DNA of 63,840 bases, filler included, from Choristocarpus tenellus KU-1152 (taxonomy: Eukaryota; Protista; Phaeophyceae): NCBI GenBank assembly GCA_964200185.2. It is 13 parts of 13 records of this genome, joined end to end, with 100 filler letters (N's around TTAATTAATTAA, not from the genome) between each part and the next. Parts side by side here need not be neighbours in the genome. Positions count along the whole stretch, not along the records: positions 1 to 3,400 come from CAXNAD020020289.1; positions 3,501 to 7,396 come from CAXNAD020017289.1; positions 7,497 to 23,319 come from CAXNAD020000922.1; 10 more parts are not named here. One strand, 5' to 3'. Under the pieces are notes generated by a model that worked only from the letters and a program-made list of their open reading frames with translations, ran no database searches and was not told where the DNA came from. Position 1 is the first letter of the stretch; each line of letters begins with the position of its first letter. The position numbers and the translations under genes were made by a program. Below are positions 1-10,291 of this stretch, piece by piece.

Positions 1-1301
1 TCGTTTCTTCGTTTTTGATTGAAGTAGTGTATTTCCTTGTTTGGTTTTTCTTGTATTTTTTTTTTGAGGTGGAAATATTGCTTTTTTTTCCGTGTCACAC
101 TTCAGTACGACATACTCTTACATTTTACGCAAATACTTCAAACAATAACCTGTTTGTTTGTTTGTTTGTTTGGGGGGGGGATCCCGTTTACTGTAGTTAA
201 AGAGATTTGACATGACAACAATACCTAATTGTTTCTTTTTCTTTTTTGTACAGAGTTGCGAGGTAGTTGGTTTTGGATATGTTTTGATGAAGTATGCACT
301 CATGAATGAAGTTTGCCTAATCAACGGCACAAACATTTTGGGTGTTTTCACTAAGCATTGTGGAGGGGGCTGTTCAGTGTTGTCCTAGGTGTCTTTTTTA
401 TGTGGGCAATGTTGCACTGGTGTAAACAGTCAGTCAACAATACAGCTCACTTCTCACTGCCATTGGTGGTACAACTTTGCGTCCTTGGTGTGTGTGTGTA
501 GGTGTAGGTGTAGGTGATGTCTCTTCCACTCACTTCTGTCTCCATATCTATCTATCTATATATTATTTGCTGGCGATGACTGTTTTGAACGCGTCTTGTA
601 CCATCAACTATAAATAGCAGGTCCTGTGCTATCAATAGCCCAGTACTCCCGAAGAAAATTCATATATTTTTCTTTGCCTTTATTTTTTTGACGGACTGAC
701 TATACACGGGAGACTCGGTCAGTAATTTTTGAGTTGATGGAAATATAGTTGCAGCAGCACCAAAGCTTGATTCTTAGCCCATGACCAACTCTTGCTACTA
801 TTGTGCAAGTTTTGACTAATGCAAAGTAAGTTGCTGCCGTGAGATCGACTCGATAGTTCAGATTTTTTTTACTGATCATGTGTGTGTCCTTAGCCCTACT
901 TGTCAAATTTGACTACGGGGTTGGGTGTGATGCCTTAGACTGTTTGTTTTGAGTTGAATTGGTGTTTGCAGTGGGTTTTGCATGACAAGGTAATCAAACG
1001 TGCTTCAACACTAGACTTACTTCTCATGCCCTCAGGATCAGGTAACACCATACTTGACCCTATATATTTTCTTCCACATGCTAAAGGGTATGAATGTCTT
1101 AACCTATCCATTGGCCCAGTATCCACATGCTTTGCGATGTTCTTTACTTGAACTCTTAATTTCACAGTTACAGAAACGAAACTGTGAAACAGCCCATTCA
1201 TCTATTTCATACTACAACCGATTTAACTCGTGGTGTCCCCCCCCCCCTCACTGTCCTTGTCTTGAACTCTCAAACCATGAACACCTTCAAATGTTTTGCA
1301 G

Positions 1302-2491
1302 AACATGGTGGGACCTGGGGAAGTGGATGACAGCCTGGAAGGGGAGACTCAGGGGGAATGTGAAAAGTTTGGTCCAGTGAGACAGTGCATCATCTACGAG
1401 CTCAAGGTCAGTTACAACTGTGATGATGAGCACTCCTAACCTACTTCAATGATTGTTGATCAATGGTGAGATGGTATTGCTTGAGATTATTTTTTGCTCA
1501 TCTTTCTGATATATTATTATTATTATTATTATTATTATTTGTGCATGTGACACTGTCTCTCTGCTAGGGTACGTTGACCCTCTGTAACAGAGAGTATTCA
1601 GGTATAGTGGTGAAGCATATCGAGTTTTGTTTGAATGTACTGCAGGCGTTCATGCGCACATTTGATGCTAAAAATGAGTCTGGTTCTTGATGTGTTGATG
1701 TCTTAGTGTGGCAGAAGCCGTCAAGGAAGGGAGGGGAATCCTTCTTGGATTTTACCAGTGCATAAATTGTCACTTGTGAGTCGCCCTGTCGTCTATGAAT
1801 CTATGTTTTGGTATGGATTTTTCGCACCATATTTGTTTGTTGGCGTGTGTCAATAACGAATTTTTTTCATTGTACAAAAAAAAACCCCTTCAATGCTGGT
1901 TCAAAATGGTGCTAAGGTTAAAATTGTAGTAGTAGTAGTAGTAGTAGTAGTAGTAATAGTAATAGTATTAACATTATGGACTACTGTAGGCTATGGCTCT
2001 TGATGGAAACATTACCTTTTTTTATTTAGTTTATTTGTCACAACTCCCTTTGTGCCTTCCATGTGATGTCTCCGAGGGACGCACGTGACGATTGGATGTA
2101 GTTTCTTGTGTAGGAGTTGTTCTGGAGTCATGCAGGCATCATAGAGGAGCCCTTACCCTGACTCATTCTCTAACCCCAACCCTAACTCTCTTCAGGGGTG
2201 CCACTGCAAGTTATTTTCATCTCTTTTTATCACTCACACATACATATATGTATATCTTCATATCGGTATTGAAAGCCGGTGTAAATGACTTGGTCTTGAC
2301 CTCCTACTTCAGAGTCAGAGGTTACTCCCGTGGCTGGATTGGTGTGAGCTCTACTACTTCTTTTTTTTTCGCAGTTGCAGTTGTTGATCCTACCCCTTCC
2401 ATTTGAATCTGACTTCAGGGAAGAGATGTATCGGAGTCAGAGGCAGTTCGGATATTCGTGGCCTTTGAGAAACAGGAGAGTGCTGTCAAAG
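1302..2491 (+). CDS. SPF45: Splicing factor 45 (SPF45/RBM17), C-terminal UHM/RRM domain; two internal exons 1302-1406 and 2419-2491 (gene partial)
   Basis: AG/GT-bounded exons join in phase 0 to give NMVGPGEVDDSLEGETQGECEKFGPVRQCIIYELK|GRDVSESEAVRIFVAFEKQESAVK, matching the SPF45 UHM signature (NMVGxGEVD...EC.KYG.V...EAVRIF). Flanking exons were not found in this contig. Confidence 0.88.
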
Positions 2492-2773
2492 GTGTGTATG
2501 TGTGTGCACGTGTGTTTCTGTATGCGTGTGCAGCCTGACGGTGGAAATGATTAGCAGCGTGTTAATCGCAGGATTTTATTTGTCTGATTGTACCGATAAC
2601 AACGATGAGTGATTCTGTGAAGGGAGGTTGGTAGGTTGTGGGATGAGCGTTCCCTGTTGGGTGAACTTGAATTGAAGTCAGGAGACACCTTCTGTTTTTG
2701 TTTTCTTTATTTGTGTGTGTCTTGCTTTTGAAAGGTGCAGTGTGTTATCCACCCTTTCAATATTTGAAATTTT

Positions 2774-2933
2774 TGTGTGTGTTAGTGTGTTTTAGTGTGT
2801 GTGTGTGTGTGTTTGTGTGTGTTTGTGTGTGTTAGTGTGTGTGTGTGTGTGCGTGTGATTCCTGGTAATCTTGTGAAACCCACATTGTGAAACCCAAGTG
2901 CACACACACGCACACACACACACACACACACAC
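2774..2933. repeat. Opposed (TG)n and (CA)n microsatellites (potential foldback) in SPF45 intron
   Basis: Imperfect TG tract ~2774-2858 and CA tract ~2900-2933, separated by a spacer with a duplicated TTGTGAAACCCA. Confidence 0.8.
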
Positions 2934-3400
2934 AAACTTCGGTTCCACAAATGTTTTTTTTTTAGCTTTTCAGTGTTGGGAGTGCTGTTATCGGCCTGAA
3001 TTTGTGAGCTAGGGAAAGAGCAGGGATTCCTTGTTCGAAGGTTTTGGCCTGTACTACTCATATTGATGTTTATAGGAGTGAGGAGATAGTCAATAGGGTT
3101 ATGGTTGGATAGTTTGAGCGGTTCTAATCGATTTGCACCTGTTGCTGTCAACCAATCAAAAATGATTTTGCTCTGTTGTTCACAAATCAAACTTCACCAT
3201 GCAGATACGGTTCTTGAAGTATGTACACAGTATGCATACAGTATTAGCTCTTCTATTGTACCTCTCTGAATGGTTAATTGAGTTACATTCCACACAAACT
3301 TGGATGTGTGATTTTTGCAGTACAAACCTGGATGTTGGATTTGCAGGTTTTTCTTTTACTGCACCTGCAAGGCGGTGTATGATGGAGGTACCCCCCCCCC

Positions 3401-3500
3401 NNNNNNNNNNNNNNNNNNNNNNNNNNNNNNNNNNNNNNNNNNNNTTAATTAATTAANNNNNNNNNNNNNNNNNNNNNNNNNNNNNNNNNNNNNNNNNNNN
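3401..3500. other. Artificial assembly linker N44-TTAATTAATTAA-N44. Twelve copies: 3401-3500, 7397-7496, 23320-23419, 27558-27657, 33441-33540, 36802-36901, 40688-40787, 44050-44149, 47180-47279, 51623-51722, 54929-55028, 60329-60428
   Basis: Identical 100-nt pattern whose 12-mer gives stops in all six frames. Most contig ends fall in G/C homopolymers or inside MITEs. Confidence 0.98.
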
Positions 3501-3717
3501 TTTTAAGACCGTTTTCGCAAAACAACCATCCTCGTAGTCCCGCTCCATCCCCAATTTTGAAAATCCTCTGTTAGATGGGAAGCAAAGGACAACAGTAGTA
3601 CAATATTTTATATTGGTTAAGTAACTGATAGATTATTCGTAGTGGTTTCCAATCTTACAATGTTTTATAGTATTCTTACATTTAGGATACTATATTTCTT
3701 TAGGGCTAATAACGACA

Positions 3718-3780
3718 TATGTATAGTTTTCATTGGTTTCCCCCCTGACACATCTGCAAAATGTTAGAGGGCGTAATAAT
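3718..3780 (+). mobile_element. Short CRE-LINE 3'-tail copy (mini-retroposon)
   Basis: TATGTATAGTTTTCATTGGTTTCCCCCCTGACACATCTGCAAAATGTTAGAGGGCGTAATAAT; near-identical to 8549-8610 and to the 3' ends of the minus-strand LINE copies; ends in an (AAT)n tail. Confidence 0.65.
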
Positions 3781-3809
3781 GTAACAATCTACTCCATTCT
3801 TATTTATAT

Positions 3810-4390
3810 ACATTTTGTAGATGTGGCAGGGGGAAAACCAATGAAAAGTCATTCAAATGCCAGAACCCCTGAGAAAGTAATCGTTGTCGTAAATGTGAAA
3901 GATATTTTTCTACTTCCTATTTTATTACCAGCTATGTTGCACCACTGCCCTCCTGTGCCTTCAACCTAGGTTAGTCCTGCACCCCAGGGTGAGGAGCTAG
4001 GGAAGCATCCCAAGAATATAATCTCTCCTTGCCCATCTCCCTGGTGTCTCCAGCCAAAAACGAATGACACATCTAGATAGATATGGTTACTTGCGTTGTA
4101 ACAGACATTATTATCTGTTGTAGACGGGATTTGACAGTCCCTTTTCTCCTGTAGCCTCTTGCCCCTCTTCCCCCTACAGCGTGCGTAGTAATTCATCTAG
4201 AAAACTTTCTGCTTGCTTGCCGAGACGCCCAAAATTTTCCACCGCGGTGTTGAGGCTATATCTATGAGGGTCAAAAGATCCCATCTACTTGTCAGAAATG
4301 GTTCGATTAGGGTATATACGCTTTTCGCGCGTATCGCACACAAAGAGGGTTCAGTTATCTGCACGCGATGCTTTCTACGAGATTAAACAG
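3810..4390 (-). mobile_element. 5'-truncated CRE-clade non-LTR retrotransposon: restriction-like endonuclease C-terminus plus 3' UTR (degenerate)
   Basis: Minus strand reads GSFDPHRYSLNTAVENFGRLGKQAESFLDELL then, after a frameshift, SRLQQIIMSVTTQV, typical of the RLE tail of CRE elements. 3' UTR shared with 9830-10140. Confidence 0.75.
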
Positions 4391-4980
4391 TTTTCATGGA
4401 CAATCTCCTTACATTAATCTATTCTCTTTGGAACTGTCTCCTGTTGTTACTAAACTTTCTTAAAGTCGTAATTATGGCTTTTCCCATTGTAGAAGACGAG
4501 AGATGATACGAATAAGGAATTGACTCTAAAATCTTGTTAAATATTCTGTAGACGCCAGGATGTATGTGGTGTGTGGGCTATGTGTGTGGTTTTATCTCAT
4601 AAAGTATCGTCATTATTATGTAGTAGTAACTGTTGAACTCTTGTGTAGGAGGTGAAGGATGGGCGAAGTAGTGTGGAAACAATACAAAGAAATAAAAAGA
4701 AGCACAATCACCAGCAATGCGAAATGGAAGCACAATTACCATCATTTGTCGGGAGGGGTAGTAGTGGCTATTATGGAGTGTGTATGTGAAGCACACAACA
4801 CCCAGGTCTCCTTCATACTACTGTCAAACCTCTGGACTATTATGAACTCAAATGTCAGAGCACACAAACGCAGTTGTTCCATTGAGTATTTTTTGGCGCC
4901 TTTCAAACAGTTACGCCTTGCCCACCCTCCTCAGACCCTCGATACCACAACTACCACTGCTGCTGCTGCTACTGCTGCTT

Positions 4981-5245
4981 GAACCAAATCGATTGAGATG
5001 TGTGCAGGGTTGCATTTTTAGGATCCCGAGAAAGGACAAAAATGTACCATTTTGTACAATTGCAGAAAGAACCTTTCTTTGCTGGATTGTGGTGTCACTT
5101 TGTGTGTGGAAAAGTGGAATATCAAATTTGCGTACACTATCATGCACAGAAGGCAAGTGAAATAGAGTGTATTGCACAGGGCAAAAAATGGCGACTTAGA
5201 CTGCAAATGGGTCCAAACCTGCCTACCTCTCAATTCGTTTGGCTC
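4981..5245. mobile_element. MITE family B, copy 1
   Basis: Imperfect TIRs GAACCAAATCGATTGAGATGTGTGCAGG / CCTGCCTACCTCTCAATTCGTTTGGCTC; internal similarity to 46136-46364. Confidence 0.8.
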
Positions 5246-5299
5246 ACTACTACTTACTGCCTTGCGGTTGAATTTGATACTACTACTGCCGCCTAAGCA

Positions 5300-6030
5300 C
5301 CAATCTTCGATCATGAGCACTCTTCCACCAGTGCTGCAGCACAGTCAAGGAACTCCTCAGCCTCCGCTCCCACCCTGAATCCTTGACTTCATGGCGGTGA
5401 GCAAGCGGCATTCACATCTGCGCCTTTCAACTTTGGGCGATGCTGGACCTCATACATGAGGTAAATTGCACTGTCATACTCTTGCTCAAGACATTTCCAT
5501 CCACAACAGGGAGATATTTCCTCTTTTTGATACCGTTGACCCAAAATAAACGAGAGGTATACCCAAGTTTTGGTCATTTTTTATTTTTAGTCAATTTTTT
5601 TGTTTTTTTGCAGGTCACCCATATCCCTATGATGAAGTGTGAAGTTTAACTTGAGATCGTTGGCTTCTCTATTATTTATTTAAGGTCGTAGATGGGATTG
5701 AGAAAAGTTCTAGTAGGCGTTTGTAAGAAAAGGCAAATTTTGCACACATTTGTCAGTATCGTTAAAATGCAACTCTGGGTACCTCTCGTGTACTTCGGCT
5801 CAGTATTGAGCAAATCCCTTAACGTTGAGATTACCATGTACTGAAAACCCTCTACTATCATTTTCTTGTGGAGGAAGACTCTGTGGTCTAAAAGCACTCA
5901 ACTCTTCTTCCAGAATGCCCCCCTCGCACAAACACCTCTTCAACTCCTTCAGCGCACTCTTAACCAGGTCAACTTACAGCTGCAGTCACAACTTTGAACT
6001 CTTGAAGTAACGCTGCAACCAAATTTTTCC
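5300..6030 (-). pseudogene. Possible hAT transposase C-terminal remnant, interrupted by MITE C1
   Basis: Degenerate minus-strand motifs LQRYFKSSKL (like LDPRFK) and QRYQKEE...GWKCLEQEY (like the hAT dimerisation WWK...YP motif); many stops and frameshifts. Confidence 0.3.
5538..5801. mobile_element. MITE family C, copy 1 (opposite orientation to C2 and C3)
   Basis: TIRs GACCCAAAATAAACGAGAGGTATACCCA / TGGGTACCTCTCGTGTACTTCGGCTC. Confidence 0.8.
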
Positions 6031-6447
6031 AATTACTGAGGATAGATATGGTACATTGACAGAATAAAAAAAATCGTTTCCCTCGCTGTTTCTTTGCGCA
6101 CCCAGTTGTACCATTTTCCTAGTAGTGCATTATCATTGTTATCCCCGTCCTCTTCCCCCCCTCCGACTTTGCACTTGCACTCAAGTCACGAAACAAATTT
6201 CGTGAAGTTAACACACTACTTTACATTATGTGTGTGTATGGATGTGGGGTTAAAGAATATGTTCCACACCACTACCAACACTTACCATATTTCCTTTTGA
6301 GGTGTACTACTAGAAGCAGTACAACGTACGATTGATGCATACTAGAAAGAGTGTTGTATAGATTATTATCCATCATCGATCACAGATAAGAACCTAAGTA
6401 CTGTGCCTGTCGTTATCAATAAAGAACTATTTCACGTCTTCTTGCAG

Positions 6448-6510
6448 GAACAACGAATGAAAACGTTTTACGAAAAAAAAAAAAAGCAACAGGAGCAGAA
6501 GATAAGCAAG
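6448..6510 (+). CDS. Isolated putative exon (EQRMKTFYEKKKKQQEQKISK), unidentified gene
   Basis: TCTTCTTGCAG acceptor, AAG|GTAGCG donor, 63 nt, charged helical peptide. No partner exons identified. Confidence 0.3.
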
Positions 6511-7357
6511 GTAGCGCGCACTCTTCTTCTGACCCAATGCCTATTTCAGGAGGGATGGTCGCACATGATGTCCTGTAGTATTTCAAGTAATACAAGATTC
6601 GATATTTTATAAATCACATTGAAAATACTAGGCGCATTACCCCACATCCCAGACACAACAAAAAAAAGAAAATAGCTTTTTGGTGGTTATGTCAGAGTAA
6701 AGAGAGCTAATTTTGGAGATTATGTAAAAGCAGGTGACTTATCTCTATAGTTTGGTAGCTATGGGAAATAAAATTTACTACTTGGGATACCTGAAACTAT
6801 GTGTGTCAAAAAGTAGATAAAAACACCGAAATATGAAAGAACAGATTCTATGGGAAACAGGTTGCTGGCGAGATGTCGACAACTAACTGCTCTTGCAACA
6901 GATCACCAAAACGTGCTTAAAACGTCCATGGCATATGTACTTCTTGTGCTCTGATCAGTCAATGTCAAAAGGAGCACAGGAAAAGATCAAAAAACGAACG
7001 ACTTACGAGATGCAGGAACGCACACTGAGGGAGCTCAAACCATCCACCGTCTAATGTACATTTGTGTTCTCAGACACAAATGAATATAACGTAATCAATC
7101 CATCCCTAACAAGAGGGATGCAGGCATTGCCATGCTAGCACAGGGTGACTCGAGGGGAGGGAGAGGGGAGTACGGCGTTTGGAGGGTCGTGCTACTGCTA
7201 ATTAAAAACAAAAAAAAAGTTGCCACTGCTTGGTTGCCCCCCCGCCTGCTACTAAAGCACGCGGAAATACACAAGATTAAATAAACAAAAAAAATCAACA
7301 CCTGTTGGTGTGTGCTAGAGATCTGTGATTCGTAGTTGGATGTTGCTTACTTAGCTT

Positions 7358-7391
<34 letters not shown>

Positions 7392-7496
7392 CCCCCNNNN
7401 NNNNNNNNNNNNNNNNNNNNNNNNNNNNNNNNNNNNNNNNTTAATTAATTAANNNNNNNNNNNNNNNNNNNNNNNNNNNNNNNNNNNNNNNNNNNN

Positions 7497-7592
7497 ACGT
7501 CGGAAGGATATTGTACAAGCCCTTTTCCTCATTTCGCCCCAATTTACTCCTTGGTTTTTCTCCTCCCCCCCCCCCCCCAGATACTTTGGGTC
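7497..7592. mobile_element. MITE family D, partial copy (cut by linker)
   Basis: Ends CCCCCCAGATACTTTGGGTC, the reverse complement of the D terminus GACCCAAAGTATCTGGG. Confidence 0.7.
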
Positions 7593-8040
7593 TCAATTTT
7601 TGCATGCAGCTCGAGGGGGTATCACCACTTTGAAAACCAGGGAGGGGTACATCGTGTTGCCCAGAAGTTGCTCTCGCTTTTATGTGGTATTTACTCTTTT
7701 TCTGCTATCGTAGTAGTAGGAAGGTCAGGTCTTAAGGGGGATATGGTTAGCCCTAATTATAGATAATGAAGTCATGGGATTATCAACGCACCATGTACAT
7801 ATATAGCAATAGGATTTATAGTTTTGGGTCCAACGTGTTTAAGGAGCTTGATGTCCACCAGAAATAAACATTTCCCAATTCCAGAAAACCGTTGTTGCGT
7901 CAGCACAAAAAATGTTTTAGGATCAATTCAGTAGTATTTAAGTCTATTTGGCGAATAACACAAATATTAATAATAAGAAATTGTATGTATGGAGGGTAGG
8001 AGGGATGGTTGGGCGAGCCAAGGACAGGGTGGAAAGGAAA

Positions 8041-8282
8041 GAGTGAAAGTATCTTGAAGGTTACGGCTTTTGCCCTGTTTGTCTGCTTGGACCTTGGCTT
8101 CCCATAGTTTTTTTTATGAAATGTTTCGGAGTAGGTAAAATGTACACGTTACGAAAAAGTGTGTCCGGAACAAGGATATTGACACATCCTTACAAATACG
8201 ACAGTAAGATTACATCAAAATCGCAGTATTGGATTTTGGCCCCTAAACGGACGCAGCTCTACCCTCTAAGATAATTTGACTC
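8041..8282. mobile_element. MITE family A, copy 1
   Basis: GAGTGAAAGTATCTTGAAGG...ACCCTCTAAGATAATTTGACTC with shared internal GTGTCCGGAACAAGGATATTGACAC; AAA/AAA flanks. Confidence 0.92.
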
Positions 8283-8435
8283 AAACCCAACAATTTATTC
8301 GATAAAAAAGGGGTGGCTGTTTTCGGTGGCGGGGACCAAGAGAAGCGGTTTAGTCGGTTCCATTAATTAGTACGAGAAATAATCCCCTTCTCACCCATCA
8401 TTGTATCACAAGTTCAAGCGATATAAATTATTTTA

Positions 8436-8645
8436 GAGCCAAATTAATCGAGAGGTAGGCAGGTTCGAACCCCTTTACATTCTAAGGAATTTTGCTTACC
8501 TTTTGCAATACACTATTTTATTGCTTTATGTGTAAAATAAATAGTGTATGTATATAGTTTTCATTGGTTTCCCCCTGACACATCAGCAAAATGTCAGAGG
8601 GCATAATAATAAAATAAATAGTATACACAAAATCGATATTCCGCG
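8436..8645. mobile_element. MITE family B, partial copy 2, carrying a CRE-tail insertion
   Basis: Starts GAGCCAAATTAATCGAGAGGTAGGCAGG; homology to the B interior resumes after the insert at 8611. Confidence 0.7.
8549..8610 (+). mobile_element. ~62-bp CRE-tail mini-retroposon with 15-bp target-site duplication
   Basis: Flanked by AAAATAAATAGTGTA (8534-8548) and AAAATAAATAGTATA (8611-8625); internal stem-loop CCCTGACA...TGTCAGAGGG; (AAT)n tail. Confidence 0.75.
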
Positions 8646-8885
8646 TTTATATTAGGTGGCAATACTTCGCAGCAAATTGTATTCGCCAATCAGATTGATT
8701 ATAGTAACAGCCGTATGAAAGACTTCTCCGTTTCGACTCACGTTAGGGTTATGCTTGACAGATTGCTGGCATTGACATGCCCAACAGGGCCTAATCCTCA
8801 TGAGGAATCCGATGATGATCACCCCACACTCTGATTTGTCCTATTATGGGAAGATATCATTTTACGGAGTGTATACATCATCACT

Positions 8886-9146
8886 GGGTCAAATTAAACG
8901 AGAGGTACCCAGGATTGCATTTAATGGATGCCAACAAATAATGTACAAAATTCGACCTTTTGTACAGATGCGATAGGGACTTTGTGAAATCTGTTGAACT
9001 TCTTCACGCAACAGAGAAATCAACACTCTCTCATCAATTTAGCACTTTGTCCAGTAGAAATAAGTGTGAATTGCAATATATGAAAAGAAATTGGATTAGA
9101 ATGCAAAAAGTCCCAAAATCTGCGCACCTCTCGCTTACTTTGACTC
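8886..9146. mobile_element. MITE family C, copy 2
   Basis: GGGTCAAATTAAACGAGAGGTACCCAG...CACCTCTCGCTTACTTTGACTC; ACT/ACT flanks. Confidence 0.82.
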
Positions 9147-9227
9147 ACTATTGGTCTGGACAGAATTCATACGACATACATGGTGCTACTATTATGATAC
9201 ACTTAAACTATGTTACTATGTAATAAG

Positions 9228-9384
9228 TAGTATGCAAAATAATATGATACTTCCTCTGACCCAAAATATAAGCTACATTCAGACAAAAACCGATGATGAT
9301 TTATACCAGTTTTTGTCCGAACATAGCTATATTTTGGGTCGTCAGAATAAGTATTATTCAAAGTTCATTATATTATGCATACTA
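9228..9384. repeat. Nested palindrome / foldback element
   Basis: Inner ~32-bp arms (9258-9340, GACCCAAAATAT...ATATTTTGGGTC) inside outer imperfect arms TAGTATGCAAAATAATATGA / TCATTATATTATGCATACTA. Confidence 0.8.
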
Positions 9385-9829
9385 TAATTTTTGTCACATT
9401 TTGAGAATTTTCTGGAGCTGTGGTCAAAGGAACTCTACACAATATACTACTTCTCACAATAACTAACTGCCAATACCGACTATTATTATTGATGTACTGT
9501 ACTGCGACTAATTATTCTCCCTACGTTCCAGCCTTGCTTCTCGCGTGTTGGTTTCAGTACTCTCACCCCTCATCGCTCCTTTTCCTCCAACAAATTTTCT
9601 GCTTAACCCTCCCCGAAATTTCCACCCCAATAATCTTGATCCAGTGTTTTTGTGATATAAGCACAGGATAGTCCAGGCAAAGGGTACAGGTAGGTGTACA
9701 ATCCGTTGTGGTTGAGATGTGGAATAATAATAGGACAATCGAAAGCAGATTTTCGTGAAATAATATTGGTATGAAAGGGGTTTGGAAATATGGAATTTCA
9801 AGGTGGTAGATATATATATATATATATAT

Positions 9830-10140
9830 ATTATGATGCCCTCTGATATTTTGCAGATGTATGTGTTGGGGGAAAACCAATGAACAGCCAATTCAATAAT
9901 ATCAACAAGAACCTTCGTAAAAGTAGCAGTTGTCAAAAATGTGAAATAAATTTTTCGATCATCTATTTCCTATTTGACTACCAGCTATGCTGCACCACTC
10001 CCCTCCTATGCCTCAACCTAGCTTAGTCCTACACCACAGGACGAGGATCTAGGGAAGCATCCCAAGAATCTGACAGGGCCCTCCTTGCCACCTCCCTAGT
10101 GTCTCCAGATTAAAACGTATGACACGTCTTGATAGAGAAA
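9830..10140 (-). mobile_element. CRE-LINE 3' end, second long copy
   Basis: ~300 bp collinear with 3810-4085 (GGGGGAAAACCAATGAA...CCAGCTATG...CTAGGGAAGCATCCCAAGAAT...ATGACAC); terminates at a TA microsatellite. Confidence 0.8.
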
Positions 10141-10291
10141 TGTTAGGTATTACATTGATAAAAAAAAATAACAATGTGATATTACCATAATTTGGGTTAG
10201 GTTGAAATCGGTCGATATTGATATATTTTATATCTTTGTTGTATCAGTACTTATTGTGGTGTCAAAGGAACACCAACCACCTTCATAGGTC

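Noticed and set aside
3445-3456. Recurrent TTAATTAATTAA motif and ORFs ending in X...LIN
   Set aside because: Synthetic linker inside N runs; not biological.
8558-9885. Single 1.3-kb DNA transposon with ~55-bp TIRs
   Set aside because: The apparent TIRs are better explained as two opposed CRE 3' tails: the left has its own 15-bp TSD and the right continues into LINE sequence.
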